From Antechinus flavipes (Eukaryota): a stretch of DNA of 64,000 nt. Below, one piece after another: positions 24,491 through 36,414 of this stretch. The notes under the pieces are model-generated. The model saw nothing but the letters and a program-made list of their open reading frames with translations, was not told the DNA's origin and ran no database searches. The stretch lies in NCBI RefSeq assembly GCF_016432865.1, contig NC_067400.1, positions 606,360,001-606,424,000 of the forward strand. The letters are read 5' to 3'. The translations under genes and the position numbers were made by a program. How positions within the stretch are numbered: position 1 is the first letter of the stretch; every line of letters starts with the position of its first letter.

Positions 24491-24899
24491 ATCCAGAAAA
24501 AAAAAAAAAAGATTTAATAAGCAGAAGGGATTTTAAGAGCCATTTAGTCCAATTACCTCATTTTATAGAAATGGAAACTGAGACCCAGAGGAAAGAACAT
24601 AGTTAAAGGTAAAGCCAAAACCAGATGCTTTATTTCTAGTCCCCAGCCCAGGAACCTGTCTTCTAACCCACAATGCTTCTTATCCCTATTTACTTCCCTC
24701 TCATATCATTCCACATGAATTGCCTCCTTTTAGACTAAATGTGTCTTGAGGAAAGATGCTCCATCTTATTCTCCTTTATACTCCACCACAATGCCTTAAA
24801 TACAGTAGGCTTGAATTTCTGAAGGCATCAGTTAGACACAGAGTAGGAAGCATCATTTACTGGAAGGAGTAATGGGATGGGCAGCAGGAATCTTGGATC

Positions 24900-25131
24900 A
24901 AAGTTCTGGTGCTTCTTTTAACTTGTATCAACAAATCAGTTTCTTCAACTGTACAACGGAGGCACGGGACTGGAAAGACTTTAAGTCTCCTTCTGGGTCT
25001 GATATTCTCTGTTCTAAGGTCTAAGCTCTGCCGTTCCATTCTAAGATCACACCCAGACCTGACATTTTGTGTTCTAAGATCCTGCCTGGATCTGACATTT
25101 TCTATTTTTCCAGTTTTGATGTCCTGTGTTC
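24900..25131 (+). mobile_element. MIR3-type SINE 3' part with tandemly repeated tail, running into an N-gap
   Basis: tcagtttcttcaactgtac...ctttaagtctccttctgggtctgatattctctg, then repeats of tgttctaag..cc....ctgacatt. Confidence 0.75.
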
Positions 25132-25399
25132 NNNNNNNNNNNNNNNNNNNNNNNNNNNNNNNNNNNNNNNNNNNNNNNNNNNNNNNNNNNNNNNNNNNNN
25201 NNNNNNNNNNNNNNNNNNNNNNNNNNNNNNNNNNNNNNNNNNNNNNNNNNNNNNNNNNNNNNNNNNNNNNNACAGAGACAAATAGACAGACAGACTGACT
25301 GACTGACAGAGCGAGCCCCCCATCTTTCCCCTGGTCCTTCTCTAGCCCCTCTGTCTCTGTTCACCTGCCCAGCTTTGGGTGCTGCTGGGTGCCAGCAGC

Positions 25400-25880
25400 G
25401 GGTGCATCCCAGGGCCAAGGCCCGAGTGCCAACGTGAGGATGACAGATAGCCAGTAAGAGGAGGCCCCTTGCTGTGATTATTACCCCAAGTGCTCCGAAC
25501 AGAATGGGCCTCTTACCTCACACTGACAACACTAATAGAATATGCATGGCCCTATTAGCATACCGGGTAATAGCACCCTGGAGGGGACAGGGCCATAAAA
25601 CTTTAAGTAGAAATCAAAACAGAAGGAGGGAAAAAAGGGAACATTGTCACAAGCAGGAGGGGGGGACCCTCAGAAGCCCGGGGGCAAATTTTGCTGGAGC
25701 GAACACAGCCAGCCATAATTCCTGAGCCAGTCCCCATGCAAATGGTAATAGACACAGTCCCATGAATACCATCAGTGCCAGACTGGCCAGGAAACATTAA
25801 TTGAGATAATGCTGCTCTCTCCAGTGCAGAAGGGACTCATATGTCAAAGCACAGCCCCACATCTGCAGGAAGCGGGGACC
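25400..25880. promoter_or_regulatory. Candidate enhancer
   Basis: Inverted CTAATAG/CTATTAG 25532-25558, CCATAAAA 25593, CATTGT 25642, octamer ATGCAAAT 25736-25743, CATTAATTG ~25795. Confidence 0.5.
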
Positions 25881-26712
25881 GGGGGCCGCAGGGTGGGCAC
25901 CGGGACCCTCTCCAGCTGGGGTCCTGCCCTCTGGGGTGGGGGGGACTCTGATGGGGAGCCCTGGCTGGAGCAAGGCAGTGACCTGGGTAGAGAAAGCTTT
26001 CCATTTAGGTGGCCGAGGAGATAGGGCTCTGGAGCGGCTTCCGGTGGAGTGATTATGAGCTCATTAGCTGTATGATTTTCAGCAAGCTCTCTCACTTGTT
26101 TATCCTACAAAATGGGTAATAATAGCACCTTATGTATAAGGTTATTGAGAAGGTCAAATGAAATAACAGATGTAAAAGTGCTCCGAGCACCTTAATGTGC
26201 TACATGAATATTACCATTATTAGGATTAAACTATTATTAGTATTATTCCAGAGAAATAACTGTTGGTTACCCACGCGATGGGCTTCAGGAAATAAGGAAG
26301 TGACAGTCCCGCACCTCGTGACTCCAGGGAGTATCCTGTTCAGTTCTGGGTAAATTGGAGAACGTCCAGAAGAGAATGACTAAGTTGGAGAAGGACCTTG
26401 AACCTTCTGAAATAGAGAAGAATCCAAGTGGATTCTTGGATTCAGTGAATCACTGTTTTCAAGAATTTGAAGGGTTGTTTTCTTGTTTTGTAAACCTGTT
26501 AGACTTGTTCACTTTAGTCTAAGAGGGCAGAATTCTGATCAAGGGCAGGAAACAGCGAAGACACATTTGGGCTCAAAGTTGGAACAAATATCTTAATAGT
26601 TGACTGCCCCCCAAAACATCATGGACTTCCTTGAGAGATGGAGACTTCTTCCTTTTCCTCGGATACAATCTAGGCAAGTGATCATCCAGACTCTTCCTGA
26701 AGAGTCTGGAAT

Positions 26713-26903
26713 CAGGGTCCTCAAACTTTTTAAATTGGGGGCCAGTTCACTGTCCCTCAGACTGTTGGAGGGCCGGACTATAGTAAAAACAAAAACTTTG
26801 TTTTGTGGGCCTTTAAATAAAGAAACTTCCTAGCCCTGGGTGAGGGGGATAAACGTCCTCAGCTGCTGTATCTGGCCCTCAGGCTGTAGTTTGAGGACCC
26901 CTG
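26713..26903 (+). mobile_element. OC1 (OposCharlie1)-like non-autonomous hAT MITE, 191 bp, inserted in an L3 fragment
   Basis: TIRs cagggtcctcaaact / agtttgaggacccctg; internal gggccagttcactgtccctcagactgttggagggccggactatag. The flanks rejoin to L3 aagagtctggatgatcacttgtc. Confidence 0.85.
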
Positions 26904-27234
26904 GATGATCACTTGTCTATATTATTTCATGAAATTTCTTTTGTGTATAAGTTGGGATCAATGTTCACTAGGATTCCTCCCTTCTAACTCTCAAATTCTA
27001 TGATTCTTAGATTTGAGGATTCTGAGAAAATTCCTCTGTCTAAAAGTCATTCCATAACTGGTTTGAAATTCCCCTAGTAGAGCTGTATAAGAGATTTATT
27101 TGGGTCAAGACTTTACACCTCACTTCTATCTCTTAGAACCCCTAGGTTCCTTCAAAGCTTAGCTCAGGAGATACTTCTTACACAGACTTTCTTCATACCC
27201 AGCCCAATTATTGACTTCTCATTACTTGTATATT

Positions 27235-27440
27235 TTGTTGTTGTTCCGTCATTTCAGTCACGTCCAACTCTTCATGATCCTATTTGGGATTTTCTTGCTT
27301 TGTCATTTCCTTTTCCAGCTCATTTTACAGATAAGGAAACTGAGGCACACAGGGTTAAGTGACTTGCCCAAAATCACATAGCTGGATTTGAATTTCAGAC
27401 TCCAAACGCAATCGGGCTTTGTCCAATGTCACTAGACAAC
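27235..27440 (-). mobile_element. MAR1-type SINE
   Basis: ttgttgttgttccgtcatttcagtc...tccagctcattttacagataaggaaactgaggc. Confidence 0.85.
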
Positions 27441-28669
27441 GAAATGGTTGAGCTAGGAGCTTCGAATCCAAGTCTCTCGATGTCAAATCCAGTTTTCTTT
27501 CCATCACATCACATTGCCTTGCTAGCTTATTGAGCTCACACTGGAAATGTTTGGCCTCTTGCCTGAGTCCCCCTTTCCTCCCATCAATTAAACTCTGTGA
27601 GCAGAACTAGTTCTCCCTAGTTTGGAGGCGGGCGAGACATGCCGGAGCATTTCACAATTTGTCCTGGAGGCCCTGGACCCAGACCTTTGCCACTCACCCA
27701 GAGCTGGCAGGCAGCCACCTCTCCTAGACTTCCCAACTCCTAGCCATTGCCCGGGGCAATCTGTCAGTACTGGGCACTGAGTGCCAAGAGAGGTACTAAA
27801 GAGCCTGCCACCCTCAGAGACACCTGGAACGCAAAACCGGAAGGAGAGGCAGCCGGAAACCATTCCCTTTCTGGGTAATAATAATAATGATGATGATGAC
27901 CACAGATAACAATAATAACTAATATTGGTAGAGTGCCTTAAAGATTACAAAGCACTTTCCTTACATATTCTACTTTATTTGATCCTCACAATGACCCTGC
28001 GATGGGAGGTGCTGTGATTATCTCCTTTTACAGAGAAGGACACTGGACTAAAAGAAATAGTGATTTCGGGAGGAGCACACAATAACCAATAAAAATTAGA
28101 ACGCAAGAACCTATGGTTTTAACTCTCCGCAGCGTTCCCTAACCATACCACTCGTCTGAAGGCAGAGAGTGCCGTTGGCTCCCAAGGAGCAGATTTCTGC
28201 CCCCCGGTTTGAAGGCTTCTCTAAGATCCTTTGGGATTCTTGGGGAGGATTCTGCTGAGGTTGCTAAAGAACCAGGCATCTTGCAGAGCACTTTCTCTCA
28301 TGGAAATCCCCTGGTGGAGGAAGTAAGTGACCAGCATTTTCCCACTGAGAAAACATCTGGGACAGACTTGCTGGACCAGAAAACTCAGGAGGATCCAAAG
28401 AGAGAAGAGGAGAGACAGAAGGAGGAGAAAGAGAGTTCTCGCTGTAAGATTTTAGACTTGATGGGGACCTCACAGATCAGTAAAAGGAATCCCCCCATTT
28501 TACAAAGAAGAAAACTGAGGCATATGGCATGGGGCGATTGGAAATTTGCAAAGCATTTTACAAAAATTGATCTCCTGCCAAAAGATAATTTAATGCCCCA
28601 TATTTGAGAGTCTGGGCTTTTATTCTGATTCTGCTGCTTGCCATCTGAGTGACCTGGAGTAGCAATGTC

Positions 28670-29000
28670 CTAGCAGTCAGTCAACAAACATTTATTTAAG
28701 CACTTGCTGTGTACCAGGAACTGGGCTCAATCTTAGGGAAAATAGAAGACAGTCTCATAATCTAATAGGGATTATATAGGATTATATTGGGGGATATGAA
28801 TTGGAAATAGAGAAGTGGAATTGGGAAAGGCTTCCTGTGGAAGGTGGGATTTTAGCTGAGACTTGAAAGAAATCAGGAAGAGGAAGAGTATTCCAGGGAT
28901 GGGGAGGCAGCCAGAGAAAATTCCTGGAGTCTGGAGCTGAAACAGGGAAGGGGGCAGTATCACTGGATCAGAGTAGGAGTATAAGGGGAGGGGCTATTAC
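28670..29000 (-). mobile_element. L2 fragment
   Basis: cagtcaacaaacatttatttaagcacttgctgtgtaccagg...gggaaaggcttcctgtggaaggtgggattttagctgagacttgaa. Confidence 0.8.
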
Positions 29001-29211
29001 ATAAAAAACCAGAAAAGTGAGGGAGGGATAGCTTTGAGTTGGGAAGACCTAGATTCAAGGCTTGTCTCTGAGTCACTCAAACATCCGTGGTCCTAGACAT
29101 CTCTCCCTAATTGAAAGTGACAGGCCATCTGTAGAGGAGAAGGGATATCTGCATTAGGAGTTCTCCATGCTAATGAAATTATAGGGATGGACCCATTTTT
29201 AACAAAAGTAA

Positions 29212-29330
29212 GGGGCAGCTAGGTGGCGCTGCAGTGGATAGAATGCCTGCCCTAAAGTCAGGAGGACCTGAGTTCAAATCATTTACTATCTGTGTGACCC
29301 TAGATAAGTCACTTAATCCCCATTGCCTAA
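29212..29330 (+). mobile_element. WSINE1/SINE1-type SINE
   Basis: ggggcagctaggtggcgctgcagtggatagaatgcc...gtcaggaggacctgagttcaaatc...ccccattgcc. Confidence 0.9.
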
Positions 29331-30544
29331 TGTAAAATATTATCTGTAAGGCATCGAGGGCACAAAGAAGAGGCATTAAAATCTGTCCTGAGACATTTAA
29401 TATCTTTAATATACTTTAATACCGTGCCTTTGGGCAAGCCTCTTCACCTCTGTCTACCTCAGTTTTTCAACTATAAAATAGAGATAGTTAAAATTTAAAA
29501 ATAATAAAATAAATTAAGATACTACCCAGAGTTTCTGTGAAGATCAAATGAGATCATATTTGTAAACTGAATAACCCAGTTCCTGGCATATAGTAAGTGC
29601 CTAATAAATGTTTGTTTCCTTTCCCTGCTTATTACCAGAAGGTAAAGACAGAAATTTCTCTGTCTAGAAGAAAAGACTAGCACAATTCCACAGTTTTTTG
29701 TTTGTTTGTTTGTTTTTAATTCCCAGCCTTTTCTACGGCTCCAAGCTTGGGAAGGGAGTACAGACAGTAAATGGGGCATTGCTGTGAAGTAAATCAGAAA
29801 CTTGCTAGCAGGGTCTCTCTGGCTCAGAATCTTGAATTCTGTCCTAAATCACCGCTCCCTCACACCCACCCTATCCCTGACCTCTTTGCCTTGTAGAAAA
29901 GGGGAACTTGGGAAGGGGGGTAGTCAGTGGACTCGGGAAAGCCTCACCAGAAATATCAGCAGATCTGAGGTCTTGTTCAGCTTGACTGAGAAGCAAGGTC
30001 AACACTGACTGAGGCTGGGAGAGGTCAGTGTGGGGACCAAAGAAGGATAGGGTAGAAATATGCAATGAATATCAATCTCCCAGTGCTGAAGCAGGGAGGG
30101 GAGCCCACANNNNNNNNNNNNNNNNNNNNNNNNNNNNNNNNNNNNNNNNNNNNNNNNNNNNNNNNNNNNNNNNNNNNNNNNNNNNNNNNNNNNNNNNNNN
30201 NNNNNNNNNNNNNNNNNNNNNNNNNNNNNNNNNNNNNNNNNNNNNNNNNNNNNNNNNNNNNNNNNNNNNNNNNNNNNNNNNNNNNNNNNNNNNNNNNNNN
30301 NNNNNNNNNNNNNNNNNNNNNNNNNNNNNNNNNNNNNNNNNNNNNNNNNNNNNNNNNNNNNNNNNNNNNNNNNNNNNNNATAAGTAGCACTCATAATCTC
30401 AAGAGTAACAAAACTGGGAAAAAGAAACCAAAGCGACTTCTGTGGCCCCTAAAAACTTCTTCATAGATTGAGACAACCACCATGTTTTCTTTCATAATAC
30501 TTCAATAGAAAAAGATAATTAAATCTGGGGTTAACGACCTCCAA

Positions 30545-30812
30545 ATCTGGGGGTGGCTAGGTGTTGTCATAATGTACACAGTGCTGATATTGACCTTAGG
30601 AAGACTCCTCTTCCTGAGTTCAAGTTCATCCTCAGACACTCACTTGCTGTATGACTCTGCTTAAGTCACTTAACCCTAGTTGCCTCAGTTTCCTCATCTG
30701 TAAAATGAGCTGAAGAAGTAAATGGCAAATCACTCCATTGTCTTTGCCAAGAGATCCCCAAACAAGGTCATGAAAAGTCTGATTTAACCAAAAAATGACT
30801 TAAACAAAACTA
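30545..30812 (+). mobile_element. MAR1-type SINE
   Basis: ttcctgagttcaag...gcctcagtttcctcatctgtaaaatgagctgaagaag...gccaagagatcccca. Confidence 0.85.
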
Positions 30813-31062
30813 AATAGAGGCTCTAGGTTCAAATGGACTGGTTACTTTGACTTTGACTTTGGTTAAGTGAACTTCCTTCTCTAGGTTTCCATTTTCTCCT
30901 CTGTCAAACGAAGGGCTTCAACTAAATTACCTCAAAGGGACTCTTTCCACTTCTAAATTCTATAATTCATTATTGGAAGTGAGACCCACCCAAATTTTAG
31001 TCCTGCCACTCCATGGCTTCAGTGGGGTCTCTTGGAAGTGAAATTCCCTATGTATGGAGAGG

Positions 31063-31300
31063 GGCAACTAGCTGGGGAAAGTGGATAAAAGCATTGGAGT
31101 TGGAGTAGCGAACAACTGAATTCAAATCTAGTCTCCGAGTGTAATAGCTGGGCCACAAGTCACCTAATCGTGTTTGCCTCAATTTTCTCATCTGTCAAAT
31201 AAGCTAGAAAAGGAAATGACAAACCAACTCTGGTTTATTTGCCAAGAAAACCCAGAAAGGGGTCACGAAGAATTGGACATGACTGAATGACAAAATGGTT
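31063..31300 (+). mobile_element. MAR1-type SINE
   Basis: ggggcaactag...ctcatctgtcaaataagctagaaaaggaaatg...gccaagaaaacccc..gggtcacgaagaattggacatgactgaa. Confidence 0.85.
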
Positions 31301-32859
31301 GTGAACCATAGAGTTTTAGAAGGAGGTGCTGAGATCATAAAGATCCCTCTGTCCTGAGTTTTTCATTCTTTAGGGGAAAAAAACTGCCTTTGATTTCTTC
31401 CAATTTTTAATATCTCCCACATGGGGGTAATGATAGTGCAGAAATGAAGTCCTGTAAAGAATATGCAGAGGGTATGGGAACACCAATAGGATTGTAGGAT
31501 TTAAAGCAGGAGTAGATCTCAGAGACCTCTAGTTCAATGTTCTCTTTTTACAGAGGGAGAAACTGAGTCTCGGCAAGTAAAGTGATTTGAACCTAGATTT
31601 CCCTGACTCCAACTCAAACCTTCCATCTACTAAATCACACTGTGAGGTTCTTTTCTTCTCCCCTCTGGGAATACTGAGAAATGGAAGGCGGGCAAAATCC
31701 AGGAGCAGCAGCCATCAACTTAGAGAGCTCCAAGATAAAGCTTCAAGATAAATATTCCACTATTTGGAGCTTCTGACCTGACTCAGTTCCTTCAATTTAC
31801 ACATAAGGAAATTGAGTCCAAAAAACATGAAGAGATTTACTTACAAAAGATTTAGAATTCAAGAGAACATAAGAAGTCACTCTGTCTGCAATTACAACCT
31901 AATGGCTGACCTGATCAAACAGCAAAGTGAGATTTAAAATTCAGGTCCTCTGACTCTGGACCCAGAGTGTGAATTATTATATTCTGCTTCCTCTTATGAG
32001 ATTTTAGGACCAACAGCTTCCTAGATATGTGTGGCCCTAGATACGTGGATAGGATGGCCAGTGACTCTCAGAACTGCTTTGGGGACTTGAGGCTTGCTCC
32101 AGATATATGAAATTTAAGATGAAAGTAATCACATATATAAAAACATACATACACAATACATGCATATATACAGGTACGTGTGCATATATATAAATATATT
32201 TACAAATAATGTATTTTTGTGTTAGGTTAATACATATACGTGTGAAACTATATATAGACAAAGCCACAAACCAAAGAAAACTTAACTGAGAAGTAATGGC
32301 CATCTTAAGAGATTTTCAAATAGAAAAGACTTTAGAGACTGTAGAAAAATAGAGTTCTAGATCATAGTATATCATTGCAGCCATAATATATTCCCAAGGT
32401 CAGCTAGTCCAGCCCTATCTTTATATAGTTGAGAAAAGTGAGCTCCAGAGGAGATGACCAGATTTACCCAGAGTGATGCAATAGGTAAGAGACAGAGACT
32501 AGATTTGAGCCCACTAGCATTTTCTCAATGTGGCTACTGGCCTTGGTCACTCAGCCCCAGGCCAGCTCCTCACCTGCATCTCAGGAGGTTCTAAACCTGT
32601 GGAACCAGCTTAGGACCTTGAAGCCACCTGGCCTTAGAGAATGGCTGGACTTCCCCCGCCACTTCCACTGGAGGAGTTCAGTCCAGTCCCTTGGGGGAGA
32701 AGAACAAAAATGTTAAGGTTTCTGGGGGAAAGGCTCTGGGGGCATCTGGGAGCATTTAGGACTCTTCTCCAGGCCTGGTGAGCTATTGAGTTTGATGGGA
32801 GGTGGGTATCACTTTCGGAACTTAATCTTAACAGACCATCCACTGAAATGAAGCCCTTT

Positions 32860-33130
32860 TGCCTAAATGATCATTAGAGCTGGAGCCGGGGAGTTGGGCC
32901 CGATCGGCGGGCGGAGTGGAGCAGGCCATGGTGATAGGAAAGGAGGCTGGCGAGCTTCTCTGGATTGTGTCTGTGTAAATTAAAGGGGGCAACAGGGATC
33001 ACCTGATTGGCATCCCGAGTTTGTTTTGTGCTCTGTTTTGTTTTGCTTTCAAGAGAGGGGAGGAGTGTCCAATTCAAAGCTAGAAGCAAGGACAATCTGT
33101 TTGTTGACTTTCTAAAACCCAAACAGAGAC
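32860..33130. promoter_or_regulatory. CpG-retaining candidate enhancer
   Basis: CpG cluster 32887-32912, palindrome AATGATCATT 32866-32875, GTAAATTAAA ~32976, TGATTGGC ~33005, TGTTTGTTGAC ~33098. Confidence 0.4.
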
Positions 33131-34132
33131 ACCCGGCATCTAGGAGGGCTGGTGGAAGGAGGGCAGCTGCTCCAGATTCTGCACCCTTGAGAGGGGCCAG
33201 ATGTCTGGGCTACTGTGCAGAAGGATGCTTCCATGGAGGAAGGCACGGGGCCAGCAGGAAAGGAAATCAACCCGGCCTCTTCCTGGGCATTTAGTGTGAA
33301 TGTCTTCCTTATTCCTATTTTTTTCAGGACTTTTTATTTCATAAAATTTGGTGATACTGAGTTTAGAGTAGAGAGACTTCTTTAAAAACACTGAACATTG
33401 AATGGTACACTTTTTTCCTTAAATATTCACATACATTAATGTTTTATTGTAAATCTCTTTAATATGTGCCAAATACTTTGTATGTATGCCCCGTGTATGT
33501 CCCAACTCTCTCATAGATGAGATATATTATATATGTATGCATACAAACGTGTGTATAAGTGAAATATGTATTTACATATAATATAATTTATTATAATATA
33601 TATTTATATATAATACACATATATAAATATAAAAGCCATAATCCAAGGAAAACTTAACTGAGAAGTGATGGTCACCTTCAAAGATTTTGAAATAGAAAGG
33701 ACTTTAGAGATTGTAGAATTATAGAGTCCTAGATCATAGTATATCAAGTCCAGCCAGCAGAGACTTCCAAGACCATCTAGTCCACCCCCATCATTATAAA
33801 GTTAATGCAGACTCTGGGGTTATTCTCCAAAGTTATTGTATTACCAGAGTGTTACTCTTCCTCTCTGCCTCCAAGACTATTAGTTGAGAATCAGTTCATT
33901 TGTCAGTTTTATATATATATACATATAATGTATATATATATGTGTATATATATATAAAGCTGACAAATGAACATATAATGNNNNNNNNNNNNNNNNNNNN
34001 NNNNNNNNNNNNNNNNNNNNNNNNNNNNNNNNNNNNNNNNNNNNNNNNNNNNNNNNNNNNNNNNNNNNNNNNNNNNNNNNNNNNNNNNNNNNNNNNNNNN
34101 NNNNNNNNNNNNNNNNNNNNNNGATGGGATGG

Positions 34133-34343
34133 CCCACACTAGGAGGCTGAATTGGTTGGACTGCTTGAGGTTGGATGTTTCTAATAGGACTAAATCTATA
34201 GGACATCCCCACTAAGTCTGAGGCCATTGTGATGAGCACAGAAGAGCTAGAGACTACCAGGATGCTTGACAAAGGGGAAACCTGCCCAATTAGAGCTTTC
34301 CTTGATGGAATCCCTCTACTCCCAGCCTAGGTAGATAGAGAGC
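34133..34343 (+). pseudogene. 7SL RNA-derived copy retaining the S domain (5' end at the gap edge, small 3' deletion)
   Basis: ggaggctga..ggactgcttgag; tccccactaagtctg ~ TCCGCACTAAGTTCG; gactaccaggatgctt..aggggaaacctgccca ~ GACCACCAGGTTGCCTAAGGAGGGGTGAACCGGCCCA; ctactcccagcctagg ~ GCACTCCAGCCTGGG. Confidence 0.75.
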
Positions 34344-35299
34344 AAAGGGGCAGAGCTAATTTATTGGGATAGTAGACATGAAAAAATCCCTCCCCAAATT
34401 TCTGACAAATCCTTCACAAATTGACACAGAATTCAAGGAAAAACAGTCTCAAGTTATGGTTTGGTTTCTTTATAAGGCTTTTTATGAATTTGTGAACTGA
34501 TCTGGCCTATGCTCCCAAAGTTATTGGATGATCCAAAGATGTTGGGAAGATGGGGAAACTCAACATCGTCCAGTCGTCCTCTGGCCAAAGAGTGTAGGGA
34601 GGGAGACCTCAAGGCTGAGACTGAGGACTCCCCTTTCCTCCATCCCTTCCCTGAGGCAGTTTATTTTTAGATGGTTTCACTAAGACGCTATTAATACTCC
34701 ATTATTTGGGGAGAAAAAACCTCAGGTTCTAGTCAAGTTGAGAATTTATAAATGACTCCTGGATGGCCAGATTTTCTCAATCTAGGAAATTTTGTACTTA
34801 GCCTAAAGCTAAATTGACTGACTGACTGACTGCATATATCATTTTCCCACCTAATTAAGGAATCAAGGCTAAAATTCATGGGATTATTTCAATACCACCA
34901 ACTCTCCATTTTGCACCCATTGTTGTATTTCATTTTGGACTCACATTATCCCTGTGAGACAGATTCTATTGTTATACCCATTTTGCAGATGGAGAAACAG
35001 GTCTGAAGTAGAAAGTGATTTGCTATGAAAGGTTTTATTCTGGATGTTAAGAGATCTCAAAAGCCATCTAGTCCCATCCCTCCCTCTCATTTTACAGATG
35101 AGAAAACTGAAGCCCAGGGAGTGTCTTGCTTAAGGTCACATGGCTAGTGACAGGTGGGTTGTGAACTCAGGCCCTTTGACTTAAGAGTCAATGCTGGCTC
35201 CATTCTGCCATTTAAGATCTTAAAGCAATAAACAGGATTTCAACAATCAAAAGTAGACCAGTTATTCCAGGTCCCTTTGTTCAGGGGAGGAGACATATA

Positions 35300-35720
35300 G
35301 ATGGAGTCAATCAGTCCATATTCAATAAATTAGCATTTATTAAGTACTGGCTCTGTACCAGGTATTATGCTCAACTTTCAAAAGAAAGATAGGATAAAAA
35401 GAATAAAAAGAAAGACATAAAAAGATATGAAAAGAAAGACAAAAACATGGTGTTTACCCCTAAAGAACTCACATTCTAAGGGAGGAGAGAATATGTAAAT
35501 AACATATACAATATAGACAAGGAGTATCAGAGGAGGTAAAAAACTAACATTGATGGTTGGGGGCTTCTTGAAGAAGGTGATATTTTAGCAATCTTGAAGG
35601 CAGTTAAGAATGCTCTGAGGTTGAGGTGGAGATAAAGAGCATTTCTGGCAAGGGGAGAAGCAGGGAGGACTTCCCATGACACTCCAGACAGCAGAAGGGA
35701 TTGATGACTAACCATGGGTC
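35300..35720 (-). mobile_element. L2 fragment
   Basis: gcatttattaagtactggctctgtaccagg...aaagaactcacattcta...gggggcttcttgaagaaggtg. Confidence 0.8.
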
Positions 35721-36414
35721 CTAAAAAGGGAATTTTGTCCACTCCTATTATTTAGCCATATACAAATTCCTCTACACTGAGACAGAACTTTGAGACTCTT
35801 TGGCTAATGGTTAAAAAAATATATATGTGCCCTGTCTTCCAGTCCATCCAGTGATTGGGATATTGTTGTCTGGTTAGCAGTGTGATTACATGTACAACAT
35901 CCTTTTCTTGGAACAAGACAAGGACAGAGACCCAATTGTGGTAGAATGCACCAAAAATGCATACGGGGCATCCTTCCTGCTTGAGGGAATGAACAAAGGG
36001 TTTGGAACACACCTCAATATCCTAACATAGAAGCCCCCCACTTCTGGAAGTAGACAGCCCCCCCATTTTTCCAGCACAGATTTTCTAGCAAGGAGGCATC
36101 TTGTTTCTCCAAGTGGTACCGCCCCCATTACATTTGTATGTCAAACTTTGACAATCCCAATATTTGTGAGGGGATTCTCCGAACTGTAAGTTGCAAAGAC
36201 TGGAAGACCTGTATTCATTCATATTTAATTTCCTCCCTCATGTTTCCCCTAAACCAATGGAACCATAGTCCCCATTCCTATTTCTATTTGCATTCATTCA
36301 ATAAAATATTACATTTAGATCAGCTTAAGGAGGACACTTTGCTTCTATTTCTGGAAATCTCAGATCTGCCTAGCATATCCTATCCCATTAATTATCTGAG
36401 CTACAATTAGAGTC

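Noticed and set aside
25373-25433. Possible 61-nt exon (pyrimidine tract-CAG ... AAC|GTGAGG; LWVLLGASSGCIPGPRPECQ)
   Set aside because: All three frames are open because of GC content, the donor is weak, and there are no partner exons or recognised protein
28209-28607. 132-aa ORF
   Set aside because: The C-terminal third is a reverse MIR core (ILQRRKLR); no homology recognised
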